Below are positions 1 through 8,475 of a stretch of DNA of 64,000 nt, in pieces. The notes under the pieces were generated by a model, which was not told the origin of the DNA, searched no databases, and saw nothing but the letters and a program-made list of their open reading frames with translations. How positions within the stretch are numbered: the first letter of the stretch is position 1; every line of letters starts with the position of its first letter. The translations under genes were made by a program, and so were the position numbers. Source of the stretch: a virus; IMG/VR virus record IMGVR_UViG_3300009130_000013, positions 29,196 to 93,195 of that record, one strand, 5' to 3'.

Positions 1-1
1 C

Positions 2-64
2 GAAATATACGGAATTATGCTGATTTCATTGCCATTTGTCCTATTTTTTCTTACAAAAGACTAA
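2..64 (+). CDS. 3' end of an upstream small hydrophobic protein (partial)
   Basis: Open frame EIYGIMLISLPFVLFFLTKD ending TAA 62-64. Confidence 0.4.
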   Translation, partial: EIYGIMLISLPFVLFFLTKD

Positions 65-105
65 AAAAGCCAACAAATTCAATGATTTAAAAGCACAAAT
101 ACTGG

Positions 106-134
106 TTGACAGATTGGATATTTGGTGCTATTAT
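106..134 (+). promoter_or_regulatory. sigma70-type early promoter (copy 1 of repeated module)
   Basis: TTGACA 106-111, 17 nt spacer, TGc-TATTAT 129-134; SD AAGGAG before ATG 170. Confidence 0.8.
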
Positions 135-169
135 AATAGTATAGTTAATAATAAAGTTAAGGAGTAAAA

Positions 170-508
170 ATGTTAGAACAAGCAATTAAAACACTACAAC
201 AAGCAATCAAACAAGACTACATCGATTGGTCTACTTCATATGGGAAGAAACCATTAACTGGTTATTCTAAAGAGCAGGTAGATAATTTCGATGATAATAT
301 GTCTGTTAAAGACGGTAAGAAATATATCAAAATTATCAGAGATAGAAGTGTTTGGGGTTTCATAGTTAAGGAAGACTTTAAACATTTTAGAAAAGGTGAT
401 ATTTTAAAGGCGGCAGGTTATAATGCTCCAGCATTAAATCAAGCCAGAGGTAACATCTTAGATGGTGGTTATACAATCCAATGGACTGGACCACTTTACT
501 TAAAATAG
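170..508 (+). CDS. conserved early phage hypothetical protein
   Basis: SD, promoter; KGDILKAAGYNAPA motif recalled from marine T4-like phage early proteins. Confidence 0.75.
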   Translation: MLEQAIKTLQQAIKQDYIDWSTSYGKKPLTGYSKEQVDNFDDNMSVKDGKKYIKIIRDRSVWGFIVKEDFKHFRKGDILKAAGYNAPALNQARGNILDGGYTIQWTGPLYLK

Positions 509-516
509 GAGGAACA

Positions 517-774
517 ATGGGATTAGAAAAGAAAGTATTAAATTCAATCAAGACTACATTTGAGTCAAAAGGTTTAACAAAACCTATGGCTTGGTTTGAG
601 TATGGTACTCTTTGGGCTGACACAGAAAATCCGATGGCTGTTGCTCTAATAAAAGATTCAATTGAAAATGTTATTGTACCAGCAACTGGTGACCCAGATA
701 ATTTTGGAGTCAAAGTAACAAAATTTAAACCAACAAAAAGGGAGCCTTGGACACATTGGGCTTTTGATTTCTAA
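517..774 (+). CDS. hypothetical protein
   Basis: SD AGGAGG favours ATG 517 over 481. Confidence 0.7.
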   Translation: MGLEKKVLNSIKTTFESKGLTKPMAWFEYGTLWADTENPMAVALIKDSIENVIVPATGDPDNFGVKVTKFKPTKREPWTHWAFDF

Positions 775-776
775 AA

Positions 777-1280
777 ATGGATAGATTCTTTATTGGCGAT
801 ACCCATTTTGGGCATGACGCCGTATACACATTTACACATCCTGACGGAACAAGGGTTAGAGATATAGCAGATAACTCTGAGGAGGGCGATGCTATTATGG
901 TTGACCGTTGGAATAAGGTTGTGAAACCAAACGACAGAGTTTATCATTTAGGTGACGTAGCATTTCCTAGAAGGAAATTGGCATTACTTGATCAACTAAA
1001 TGGAAATAAGATTCTTATAAAAGGCAATCATGATATGTTTGATCTAAAAGATTACATGAAATACTTTAAAGATATCAGAGGAGCATTTGAACTTTATAAG
1101 ATGATATTAACACATATACCTGTACATCCTGACCAGCTTTATAGGTTTGATGCTAATATCCACGGTCATATACACGATACCACGATGGGAGATCGTAGGT
1201 ACGTCAACGTTTCGGTAGAGCAGATAAACTATACGCCTATCACTCTAGACGAAGTTCTCTATAGGAGGGGAAATGAATAA
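777..1280 (+). CDS. calcineurin-like metallophosphoesterase
   Basis: GDTHFGH, HLGD, GNHD, THIP, HGHIH motifs. Confidence 0.9.
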   Translation: MDRFFIGDTHFGHDAVYTFTHPDGTRVRDIADNSEEGDAIMVDRWNKVVKPNDRVYHLGDVAFPRRKLALLDQLNGNKILIKGNHDMFDLKDYMKYFKDIRGAFELYKMILTHIPVHPDQLYRFDANIHGHIHDTTMGDRRYVNVSVEQINYTPITLDEVLYRRGNE

Positions 1281-1815
1281 GAAACTATTTTTAATATTAA
1301 CTTTTGCTGTAGTATGTTGGGCACTATTTTTTACTAGTTCAACAAAGGCAGAAGACAGGGGTCCTGGAGCCATTTTAATAGAATTTGGTCCAAGTGGATA
1401 TGGTGATATAGATAAAGGACCTACACTAAAAGGATTCGGTGGAGCATTTTTTGATGCTTTAGACGGTAAAGTACCTGACGACAAAGGTCCACTTTTAGAT
1501 AAAAGTATGGGACTATGGGATAAAATTTATACAGATTTATTCTATCATGGATTTAGATGGGACTGGCATATTGAATTATGTGCTAGTAATAGAGCATTAG
1601 ATTCTATTAATGGCGAAGGATCATTTGATAAAAGACTTAAAGCATCTGTAGAAGCAGGTGGTATGCCTTGTCCAACAGGCGGCCCAAATCATCCAAGCTG
1701 GGCATATGATTGGAAAGGTCATATTGATGAACACTGGTTAAAGATTAGTGAACATAAAAAACCAATGGGGCGAATGGGAATACCTACAGCGCCTTGTTGT
1801 ATGATAAGAGGATAA
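1273..1815 (+). CDS. exported hypothetical protein
   Basis: N-terminal signal peptide (MNKK-hydrophobic-TKA); SD GGAGG. Confidence 0.7.
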   Translation: MNKKLFLILTFAVVCWALFFTSSTKAEDRGPGAILIEFGPSGYGDIDKGPTLKGFGGAFFDALDGKVPDDKGPLLDKSMGLWDKIYTDLFYHGFRWDWHIELCASNRALDSINGEGSFDKRLKASVEAGGMPCPTGGPNHPSWAYDWKGHIDEHWLKISEHKKPMGRMGIPTAPCCMIRG

Positions 1816-1816
1816 T

Positions 1817-3181
1817 GTGAGACCAAATAGAGGATTATTTCAACTTGTTACACTAACTTTGTTATGTCTAATGATATACAGTTATGCCAATGCGAGTGAA
1901 TGGCCTAGTGGTAAGACCTGGGCTTATAATTGTGCTAAAACTGGCGACTGTAATATAATAATTGATGATATAGAGAAAGAACCTAAGTTGTTTATAGGTA
2001 AAAGTGTATTCAACAATAAGAACAGAGTTATTAATATTGCTGACAAAGATAACAAATTCTCACTATCAAATTACAATGGTAAGATGGTAGGAGTATGGGG
2101 AGAAAACTGGACATCTCGTAAAGCCATACTTGGTGAATGTCGTAAAAAACAAACAAACTATGCTCAAAATGGCAACTGTAATGAAATGTCATGGAGTGGA
2201 GAATATGATAGTATACTTTATGCTCCTTCACCTGACGATGGCAATGAAATTTTTCTTAATAAGCAATTTAAAAATAAAATTATGGATGGTGGTGATATAA
2301 AACCATGGAGACATACATATGATATCGCTTACTTAATACAAGCAGGTAAATTTAAATCATTAAAAATAGGTTTGGTTAAAGGAGCAGAAGGTAAATGGTT
2401 AAAAGAATTACAAGCAGATACCTACATCTATAAAAGTGGGTCATATAAAGACTACCAAGCATATAGTAGTTCCTTGAATGTCTTTTACCCTACAATTTTT
2501 TCTTTGTTAGAAGCACATATTATACTACAACGAAAAGGGTTATACACTGAAGAAGAATTTAATCTAGTACACAAATGGCTAGAAAAAAGAGTGTGGGCAT
2601 TAGAACAAGGTCCTTTAGATGGATTAGTATCAAGTGCCTGGGGCTGGAAACATTTCTTTGAACCTGCTAACCATGAGTCAATTAATAAAAGATTGGCTTA
2701 TATGTTATGGGGTATTGCTGACCAAAATGATTATTATTTTAAAGCAAGTATGAATGGGTTTGAAGATGTCTATAGTACTATGAGAGAAAATGGTACATTT
2801 AAAAACGAGCACAAAAAAGGTAACGGAGCAAACTATGGAATTTCTTCAGGTAATAAATTGGGTCAAGCAATGGTCTATATGGCAATTATACTACATAATC
2901 AAGGATTTGATATTAAATTAAAATATCCTAAGATTGAAAAATTTGTTGAATGGGCAATTAAAAGTTATAATGATCCTAAGAAAACAGGATACACATCAGG
3001 CGGTAATAGTAACTTAAGATTTTTAGGTGAAGACCCCCAAAAAGACAATACATTAGCATATTTGATTTTATTTGATAAAGTATTTGGAACAAATCATTTA
3101 AATAATAAAGACATATTTGATAATGGCAGAGCTTATATACCACTTGGTATTTCAGATGCCAATAAAATTAGAATAAAATAA
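1817..3181 (+). CDS. exported protein with possible alginate-lyase-like (alpha/alpha) domain
   Basis: Signal peptide ending ANA; C-terminal ANH...MLWGIA...NGTFKNE resembles the PL5 NNH...G.LP.E pattern. Confidence 0.5.
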   Translation: MRPNRGLFQLVTLTLLCLMIYSYANASEWPSGKTWAYNCAKTGDCNIIIDDIEKEPKLFIGKSVFNNKNRVINIADKDNKFSLSNYNGKMVGVWGENWTSRKAILGECRKKQTNYAQNGNCNEMSWSGEYDSILYAPSPDDGNEIFLNKQFKNKIMDGGDIKPWRHTYDIAYLIQAGKFKSLKIGLVKGAEGKWLKELQADTYIYKSGSYKDYQAYSSSLNVFYPTIFSLLEAHIILQRKGLYTEEEFNLVHKWLEKRVWALEQGPLDGLVSSAWGWKHFFEPANHESINKRLAYMLWGIADQNDYYFKASMNGFEDVYSTMRENGTFKNEHKKGNGANYGISSGNKLGQAMVYMAIILHNQGFDIKLKYPKIEKFVEWAIKSYNDPKKTGYTSGGNSNLRFLGEDPQKDNTLAYLILFDKVFGTNHLNNKDIFDNGRAYIPLGISDANKIRIK

Positions 3182-3195
3182 TTGTCCAAAAAAGG

Positions 3196-3223
3196 TTGAC
3201 AATAATCTAAAAGATGTTATATT
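3196..3223 (+). promoter_or_regulatory. sigma70-type promoter
   Basis: TTGACA 3196-3201, TGt-TATATT 3218-3223. Confidence 0.65.
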
Positions 3224-3252
3224 AATATAAACCATTAATGAAAGGCCGTTAA

Positions 3253-3447
3253 ATGTACCTAACGACAATCGACTACAAACACAAGAACAAAATAGAAACA
3301 ACAGAAGCCTGGGAAGGCAATACATCAAAAGAAAGTATTGACAAAGCCATAAAATGTTGTGAGCGAGAAAACATTAAAGCAAATCAAATCCTTGCTATCG
3401 TTACATTTGAAAAATGGATGCTAGGCAAGAAAGGAATTTTAGTATGA
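3253..3447 (+). CDS. hypothetical protein
   Basis: ORF with SD GAAAGG downstream of promoter. Confidence 0.65.
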   Translation: MYLTTIDYKHKNKIETTEAWEGNTSKESIDKAIKCCERENIKANQILAIVTFEKWMLGKKGILV

Positions 3448-3563
3448 TTAAACGATTATGGAATTGGGAAGTTAAAATAATTAAAGCAAACCCTGTTTTT
3501 TGGTGTTACTTTAGTTTTTTAAAAGGCTTAATAATCGGTATGTTAATAGTATGGTATTTTTAA
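3444..3563 (+). CDS. small membrane protein (39 aa, not in ORF track)
   Basis: ATGA overlap, SD AAGGA; MIKRLWNWEVKIIKANPVFWCYFSFLKGLIIGMLIVWYF. Confidence 0.55.
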   Translation: MIKRLWNWEVKIIKANPVFWCYFSFLKGLIIGMLIVWYF

Positions 3564-3578
3564 TATGAGGAGAATAAC

Positions 3579-3869
3579 GTGGCTTTTACACGAAAACAAA
3601 AAGAGCAGATGGAATCACTATTCCAGATTGCTGACAACAAGGATCTAGGAGACATTTCAGAGTTATATCAACTTCGTAGAACTTGGTTGAATAATAAAGC
3701 ACGAAGAAGTTTTATTAAAGGCGAGAACGTTACATTTAATCACAACGGAAATACAATCAGAGCAATAATTAGAAAAATTAACCCTAAGACTATTGAAGTA
3801 GGGGTTACCACCGGGGGCCAAACTACTGTATGGAAAGTGGCTCCTACTTATCTTAACAAAGTAGCTTAA
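3579..3869 (+). CDS. hypothetical phage protein (SH3-like C-terminus)
   Basis: GTG start with SD GAGGAG; KINPKTIEV...WKVAP. Confidence 0.75.
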   Translation: MAFTRKQKEQMESLFQIADNKDLGDISELYQLRRTWLNNKARRSFIKGENVTFNHNGNTIRAIIRKINPKTIEVGVTTGGQTTVWKVAPTYLNKVA

Positions 3870-3883
3870 ACGAGGATCAAGCA

Positions 3884-4099
3884 ATGGCTAAGAAAGAAGT
3901 AAAATCTACTCAATATCGAGCAGAAGAAATGGACCTGGCGGCTTCACAGGCTGTATATGGTTTACAATTAAGTAAGGATAAGGCAATACGTTTTATTCTT
4001 CGCAGGGTAAAAGGAAGTGATGTTAAGCAGGCTCGTAAAGCTCTTCATTATGTTTGTACGAGTTACAAAACTGATGAACCAGATTATGGGTTCAAATAA
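3884..4099 (+). CDS. hypothetical protein
   Basis: SD GAGG, in operon. Confidence 0.65.
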   Translation: MAKKEVKSTQYRAEEMDLAASQAVYGLQLSKDKAIRFILRRVKGSDVKQARKALHYVCTSYKTDEPDYGFK

Positions 4100-4135
4100 A
4101 TAATATTGCTACTTTTTAAGCATTTGAAATATATC

Positions 4136-4165
4136 TTGACAAGTAGATGATAATTATAGTATAAT
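4136..4165 (+). promoter_or_regulatory. sigma70-type promoter
   Basis: TTGACA 4136-4141, TATAAT 4160-4165 (18 nt spacer). Confidence 0.7.
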
Positions 4166-4171
4166 ATAACT

Positions 4172-4306
4172 ATAATTTCGAATTGGAAAGACCATTAAAG
4201 TTCGCTATAATTTGTTATGTGGGCTGAACAGATCGAGAACGGCAGGAATGGTCACTTAAAGGACGGAGACTAGGGGGTCACTTTAGGAACTGATGAGTAA
4301 CTGACT
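4172..4306 (+). ncRNA. candidate structured leader/ncRNA
   Basis: GC-richer non-coding stretch after promoter; GACCATT/AATGGTC and TAAAGGAC/GTCACTTTA stems. Confidence 0.3.
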
Positions 4307-4438
4307 ATGGGCAAAAGAGCAATACCAGGAATAATAGTAAAAAGAGGCCAGCCAAGACTTAGAAAGAATATGAGTCATGGAACGTTTCGTTGTAAAAGGC
4401 ATCCTAATTCAAAGAGATGTCAGAGTGGGAAAGTATAA
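4307..4438 (+). CDS. small basic protein (43 aa, not in ORF track)
   Basis: MGKRAIPGIIVKRGQPRLRKNMSHGTFRCKRHPNSKRCQSGKV; TAATG coupling to next gene. Confidence 0.55.
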   Translation: MGKRAIPGIIVKRGQPRLRKNMSHGTFRCKRHPNSKRCQSGKV

Positions 4439-4620
4439 TGCCAACAGTAAGTGATTTCATGTATGGATGGAAAGCAGATGGAAATCCTAAACCAAATGAA
4501 CACAACAGAAAAGAAAGAAGAAAGGCGGCTAAGATAGCCTATAAGGTTTATAAGAAAACACAAAAGGCATTAAAGCAAAAGAACCAAGATGGCGTACAAA
4601 GTAAAGAGGCTAATTTGTAA
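4438..4620 (+). CDS. small basic hypothetical protein
   Basis: Start re-assigned to ATG 4438 (TAATG overlap). Confidence 0.55.
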   Translation: MPTVSDFMYGWKADGNPKPNEHNRKERRKAAKIAYKVYKKTQKALKQKNQDGVQSKEANL

Positions 4621-4709
4621 ATTACGAATGTGGTATGCTGAATTAAGAGGACACAAAGGAAAACGTTGGAACTACGAACCTTCAGAACATTATATGGGAA
4701 GAGGTAGAC

Positions 4710-4817
4710 ATGGAAAAATGTAAAAATTGTAATCACGACGCTCACTGTCCTGAAGTATGTTCAATGGAAGAATGTACTTGTAAAAAATGTAATTGTTCAG
4801 TATGTACAAAAGAATAA
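4710..4817 (+). CDS. metallothionein-like Cys-rich peptide (35 aa, not in ORF track)
   Basis: SD GAGG 4701-4704; MEKCKNCNHDAHCPEVCSMEECTCKKCNCSVCTKE, 9 Cys + 2 His. Confidence 0.7.
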   Translation: MEKCKNCNHDAHCPEVCSMEECTCKKCNCSVCTKE

Positions 4818-4820
4818 TAT

Positions 4821-5342
4821 ATGACAAATGATTTAAAATGGCACGAAAGATTAAGACTTAAAATAGTCCGAATATTACTGAGCATTATAGATCGTTTATT
4901 AAAAAGAAATCCAAACTCATTACAGAAATTTATTGAGCAGAAAAATGTTGCTATGGATTCAGCTTTAACAGAAGCTGTCAATAAAAAAATGGCAAGCGAT
5001 ATTGCCAAAGTATTAATACCACCAGTACCAGAACCTACTTTCGAAGAAACTAAACCTAATCTAGCTATTAGAGATATAGATTTTAATCTATCTAATGATG
5101 AAAAGGCTAGTGATGATTTAATAATGTTTTATGCTGAACTAGAAAATTTAATTGAAAAACATATGGTCGGTACTAGTGCTCTAGTTATCGCTGGACCTTT
5201 AATGGCCCATTCAATGAAAATATATCGTACTGTATTACCTCAAAATGAATACGATCAAATACTATATCATGTTTATAATACAAGAAACAAGATAGAACCA
5301 ATAATCCTACCAGATTCAAATTCTCCAAAAACAATACACTAA
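4821..5342 (+). CDS. hypothetical protein
   Basis: Long ORF in operon. Confidence 0.7.
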   Translation: MTNDLKWHERLRLKIVRILLSIIDRLLKRNPNSLQKFIEQKNVAMDSALTEAVNKKMASDIAKVLIPPVPEPTFEETKPNLAIRDIDFNLSNDEKASDDLIMFYAELENLIEKHMVGTSALVIAGPLMAHSMKIYRTVLPQNEYDQILYHVYNTRNKIEPIILPDSNSPKTIH

Positions 5343-5355
5343 TAAGTATTAGTAC

Positions 5356-6129
5356 ATGAACGAAAACCTAACAATTTACATTAGCCAACCTATGGAAAAT
5401 AATAGCCGAACAGATAGGTTATTTGAGCATACCAAAAATAATTGTTATGAAATGTACCCAAGTGCTACGATTAATAGTTTCCCTACAGAGGATTCTCGTC
5501 AAAAAGATATCTGGAATTCAATATATTTTAATAGAGATAGCCTAGGTATTGTTTGTGTAATTTCAGCAGGACATATATTTTTAGAGCCTAACAAAACATT
5601 TGAATTAGTATTAGAGCAAACCAAAGGTAAAACTTGGTGGGCTTTAGGCCATATGTTAGATCGTACAAACGAAGGAACATATCTGAGAATATTTAATAGT
5701 TGTTACTTTGTAAATGTACCAGAGATTCGTTCAATCTTAAGCAAAAGAGAAAAAGGAGTATTTCCAGGCTATCGTCCTACTGGTGGAATAAAAGAACCAT
5801 GGAAAAATTGGACAAGAAGTAAACAAAATCATCATGGAACCTATACTCCATTGTGGATTGAAAATGGAAAGGGTTATTACGAAGGACCCCCTTTAAAAGA
5901 ACATTGTGGATCTGTAATGATACACGAAGGAATTAAAAGAAACATCAGATTTGAAAGTTTTAACCAGAAAATTAGAGATAGTAAAGAATTTGCCTATATG
6001 AATTGGGATGATTTTGGTACTATTGATTGGGAGAATATGATTGGATATTTGGACTCAAAAGTCATTCCAAACGGTGAAAATGACGATAATTATTGGTGGT
6101 TTTACAGAGATTCCGAAATAAAATCATAA
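5356..6129 (+). CDS. hypothetical protein
   Basis: 257 aa ORF preceded by TAAGTA late-like box. Confidence 0.7.
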   Translation: MNENLTIYISQPMENNSRTDRLFEHTKNNCYEMYPSATINSFPTEDSRQKDIWNSIYFNRDSLGIVCVISAGHIFLEPNKTFELVLEQTKGKTWWALGHMLDRTNEGTYLRIFNSCYFVNVPEIRSILSKREKGVFPGYRPTGGIKEPWKNWTRSKQNHHGTYTPLWIENGKGYYEGPPLKEHCGSVMIHEGIKRNIRFESFNQKIRDSKEFAYMNWDDFGTIDWENMIGYLDSKVIPNGENDDNYWWFYRDSEIKS

Positions 6130-6179
6130 AAATCCAACAAAATCAACGACATATCTAGGTAAAAAAACCGTCTTTTTGG

Positions 6180-6208
6180 TTGACAGATTGGCCAAAAGGT
6201 GGTATAAT
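6180..6208 (+). promoter_or_regulatory. sigma70-type early promoter (copy 2 of repeated module)
   Basis: Consensus TTGACA-N17-TATAAT. Confidence 0.9.
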
Positions 6209-6242
6209 AGTAGTTATATTAGTTAATTAAGGAAAGGAAAAT

Positions 6243-6614
6243 ATGTCAAATTGTTCAAAAAGCTGGATCAAAGAGAGTTTCAATTATCACGGCAAGTACT
6301 TAACATATAAATTCGGTGGCGAAGATAAATTCGTTGGTCGTTTCAAATATGGTGGAATGGGTCATTTTAAAACCTTCCTGAAAAAGAATTTTACACCTGA
6401 AGAATACTTTAAAATGTATGATGAAGGTTTTACACCAGTAGGAATACTAGAAACAAAAGGTTATGTTTCTAAGAACTTACAGGAGTTCGCTAAACATTAT
6501 GGGTTTGAACCTACTCAACGTGGAGTACAACAAGCTCTTAAATATGTTAGGGACGAAAAAGATCGTAAAGAAGACGCCCAGTTTTTAGGCGTTGAAGTGG
6601 AGGCGTTAGCATAA
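6243..6614 (+). CDS. hypothetical early protein
   Basis: SD AAGGA, downstream of consensus promoter. Confidence 0.75.
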   Translation: MSNCSKSWIKESFNYHGKYLTYKFGGEDKFVGRFKYGGMGHFKTFLKKNFTPEEYFKMYDEGFTPVGILETKGYVSKNLQEFAKHYGFEPTQRGVQQALKYVRDEKDRKEDAQFLGVEVEALA

Positions 6615-6841
6615 TGACAATTAGAGCTAAAACTGAACCAACAGAAAGAATTATAGACTTAACAGGACCAGATGGTAATGCTTTTGTCTTAATGGGATAT
6701 GCCCAAAACTTCGCAAAACAACTTGGCATGATATCAGGTGAAATTGAAATAATGCTAAATGAAATGAGGTCGGGCGATTATGAAAACCTGATTCAAGTAT
6801 TTGATAGATATTTTGGATCGTTTGTAGTATTGGAGAGGTAA
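6614..6841 (+). CDS. conserved small phage protein
   Basis: IDLTGPDGNAFVLMG motif; coupled start. Confidence 0.8.
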   Translation: MTIRAKTEPTERIIDLTGPDGNAFVLMGYAQNFAKQLGMISGEIEIMLNEMRSGDYENLIQVFDRYFGSFVVLER

Positions 6842-7074
6842 TGATAGATGTTATCACAGACATTGAAGTTTTAACAACGGCACTGGAGAACTTAAAGCCA
6901 ACAGATAAGAAAGGCAAAGCCAGTCGAGAAATGCTAGTAAACTTATTAAATAAAAAAGTAAGGATACTCGCAGACTTTGAAAGAACAGAGCCGTTAAAAT
7001 GGGAGAAGGTTATAAACTCCCCAACGGCTCAAGAAGCATTTGAACCTGTAACTTTTAAGAAAGTAGGAACATGA
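6841..7074 (+). CDS. hypothetical protein
   Basis: TAATG coupling, SD GGAGAGG. Confidence 0.65.
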   Translation: MIDVITDIEVLTTALENLKPTDKKGKASREMLVNLLNKKVRILADFERTEPLKWEKVINSPTAQEAFEPVTFKKVGT

Positions 7075-7256
7075 ATACAAAATATTCAACAACACCTAGC
7101 ACAGAAGACAGATTGCTTAATGTTAAAGTTTGGAAAAATATGAATAAAGACAACGCCTGGGTACAATTTATTAGTAAGATTTGGATCAGACGTTTAGCAA
7201 GAGACCTTTCATTAGAAAAGGTTGGGTTAACTCATCACGATGGGTTATATAAATGA
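7071..7256 (+). CDS. hypothetical protein
   Basis: ATGA coupling, SD AGGA. Confidence 0.6.
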   Translation: MNTKYSTTPSTEDRLLNVKVWKNMNKDNAWVQFISKIWIRRLARDLSLEKVGLTHHDGLYK

Positions 7257-7300
7257 ATTTGTTTGGGTACGCCAAACATTTAACTGAGGAAGGAGACAAA

Positions 7301-7768
7301 ATGAAGAAACTATATAAACAATTAGCAACAATACTTTTTATTATGGGTATGGTAATTTCTATGCCAACGTTTGCTTATAGTGAAGGGTTTATAAGACAAG
7401 GAAAGGTTATTGATCATTATAAGATGGTTATTGATCGTGTACCTTACCAAGTTGAAGTATGCCAAAAAGTAACAGGTCAACCTGGTGCTTCATCGGCTGA
7501 TGTCATAGTTGGTGCTATAATTGGTGGTGCTGTAGGTAACCAAATTGGTAAAGGCAAAGGTAACGATGCCGCAACTATTTTGGGTGCTATTTTAGGTGCC
7601 GATATTGCCAATAAAAGTAAACCAGGTACTACAGGTTCAACTCAATGTTTTTTAGAAACTCGTTATAATGAAACTGAAAGAAACATATACAGCCATTCTG
7701 TATTACACTTTGAATATGCTGGACGTATGTATTCTGTTTCGTTTGTAAGAGACGGCGTTAACAACTAG
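7301..7768 (+). CDS. glycine-zipper 2TM exported protein
   Basis: SD AGGAG favours ATG 7301; GAIIGGAVGNQIGKGKGNDAATILGAILGA. Confidence 0.85.
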   Translation: MKKLYKQLATILFIMGMVISMPTFAYSEGFIRQGKVIDHYKMVIDRVPYQVEVCQKVTGQPGASSADVIVGAIIGGAVGNQIGKGKGNDAATILGAILGADIANKSKPGTTGSTQCFLETRYNETERNIYSHSVLHFEYAGRMYSVSFVRDGVNN

Positions 7769-7779
7769 TAGATAAAATT

Positions 7780-8271
7780 ATGACAATGAGTTTAGCACGT
7801 GGTCTGACCATGCTGAATACAAAAAAGCGAAAACGTAAGACTATTACGGAAAAGCAAAGATTAAAGTATAAGGCAGATCTTAAAGCACATAACAAACGTT
7901 TGAGACAACTACATCTACATAATTCTCAAATGAACCTTGATGATTATATTGATTATGTTCAAGGTTATTATCAGCCACGTAACACATTTCAAGTCCGTAA
8001 AACAATTACCGGGCCTATTTCCACTTCACCTAGGAGTGTAGTGTCAACGGTTAGCACGGCGGTCTCCAAAACCGCAAGTGGGGGTTCGAATCCCTCCGCT
8101 TCTGCCAACCATTCTTGGCGTAACAATTCTAACGGTGGTACTAAAGATTGGAAGGAGCAACAAGAACGTATTGAGATTAGTAAACAATATGCTATTGTTC
8201 CAGCTTATAACAAAGGCCCGTACATGGTCGTATCAAAAGAGGATTTAAAGACGGCCGGGAAGAAGGTCTGA
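7780..8271 (+). CDS. conserved phage protein containing an in-frame tRNA
   Basis: Basic N-terminus and C-terminal PAYNKGPY motif; uninterrupted frame through the tRNA. Confidence 0.7.
   Translation: MTMSLARGLTMLNTKKRKRKTITEKQRLKYKADLKAHNKRLRQLHLHNSQMNLDDYIDYVQGYYQPRNTFQVRKTITGPISTSPRSVVSTVSTAVSKTASGGSNPSASANHSWRNNSNGGTKDWKEQQERIEISKQYAIVPAYNKGPYMVVSKEDLKTAGKKV
8032..8107 (+). tRNA. trnW: tRNA-Trp (anticodon CCA), encoded 3' CCA
   Basis: Acceptor AGGAGTG/CGCTTCT, D stem GTGT/GCAC, anticodon stem GCGGT/ACCGC with loop CTCCAAA, T arm GGGGG-TTCGAAT-CCCTC, G73, CCA; 76 nt. Confidence 0.95.
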
Positions 8272-8475
8272 TTGTCCGACTCAAAAGATTCACATATATT
8301 TAAAAATGACAGCGGTAGAAAGATTGTAAGAATTCCTGTAAAGGAATTTGTTTGTATAGGTGAAACGCCACCTATGGATCATCCACACGTTTTTTTAACT
8401 ATGGGCAATAAAGATTTTATGTATTGTCCTTATTGTAGTACGAGGTATGAATATGGCGGGAATGATGAAACGTAA
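8272..8475 (+). CDS. zinc-finger (zf-CHCC) domain protein
   Basis: C-x8-HPHVFL...CPYC, as in alphaproteobacterial NDUFS6-like proteins. Confidence 0.85.
   Translation: MSDSKDSHIFKNDSGRKIVRIPVKEFVCIGETPPMDHPHVFLTMGNKDFMYCPYCSTRYEYGGNDET

Noticed and set aside
4186-4300. Hammerhead ribozyme (GAAA at 4186, CTGATGAG at 4290)
   Set aside because: Stem III is not followed by the required UH and no convincing stem II forms
4307-4438. Ribosomal protein bL36 homolog
   Set aside because: Only IVKRG and general basicity match; spacing of the conserved residues is wrong
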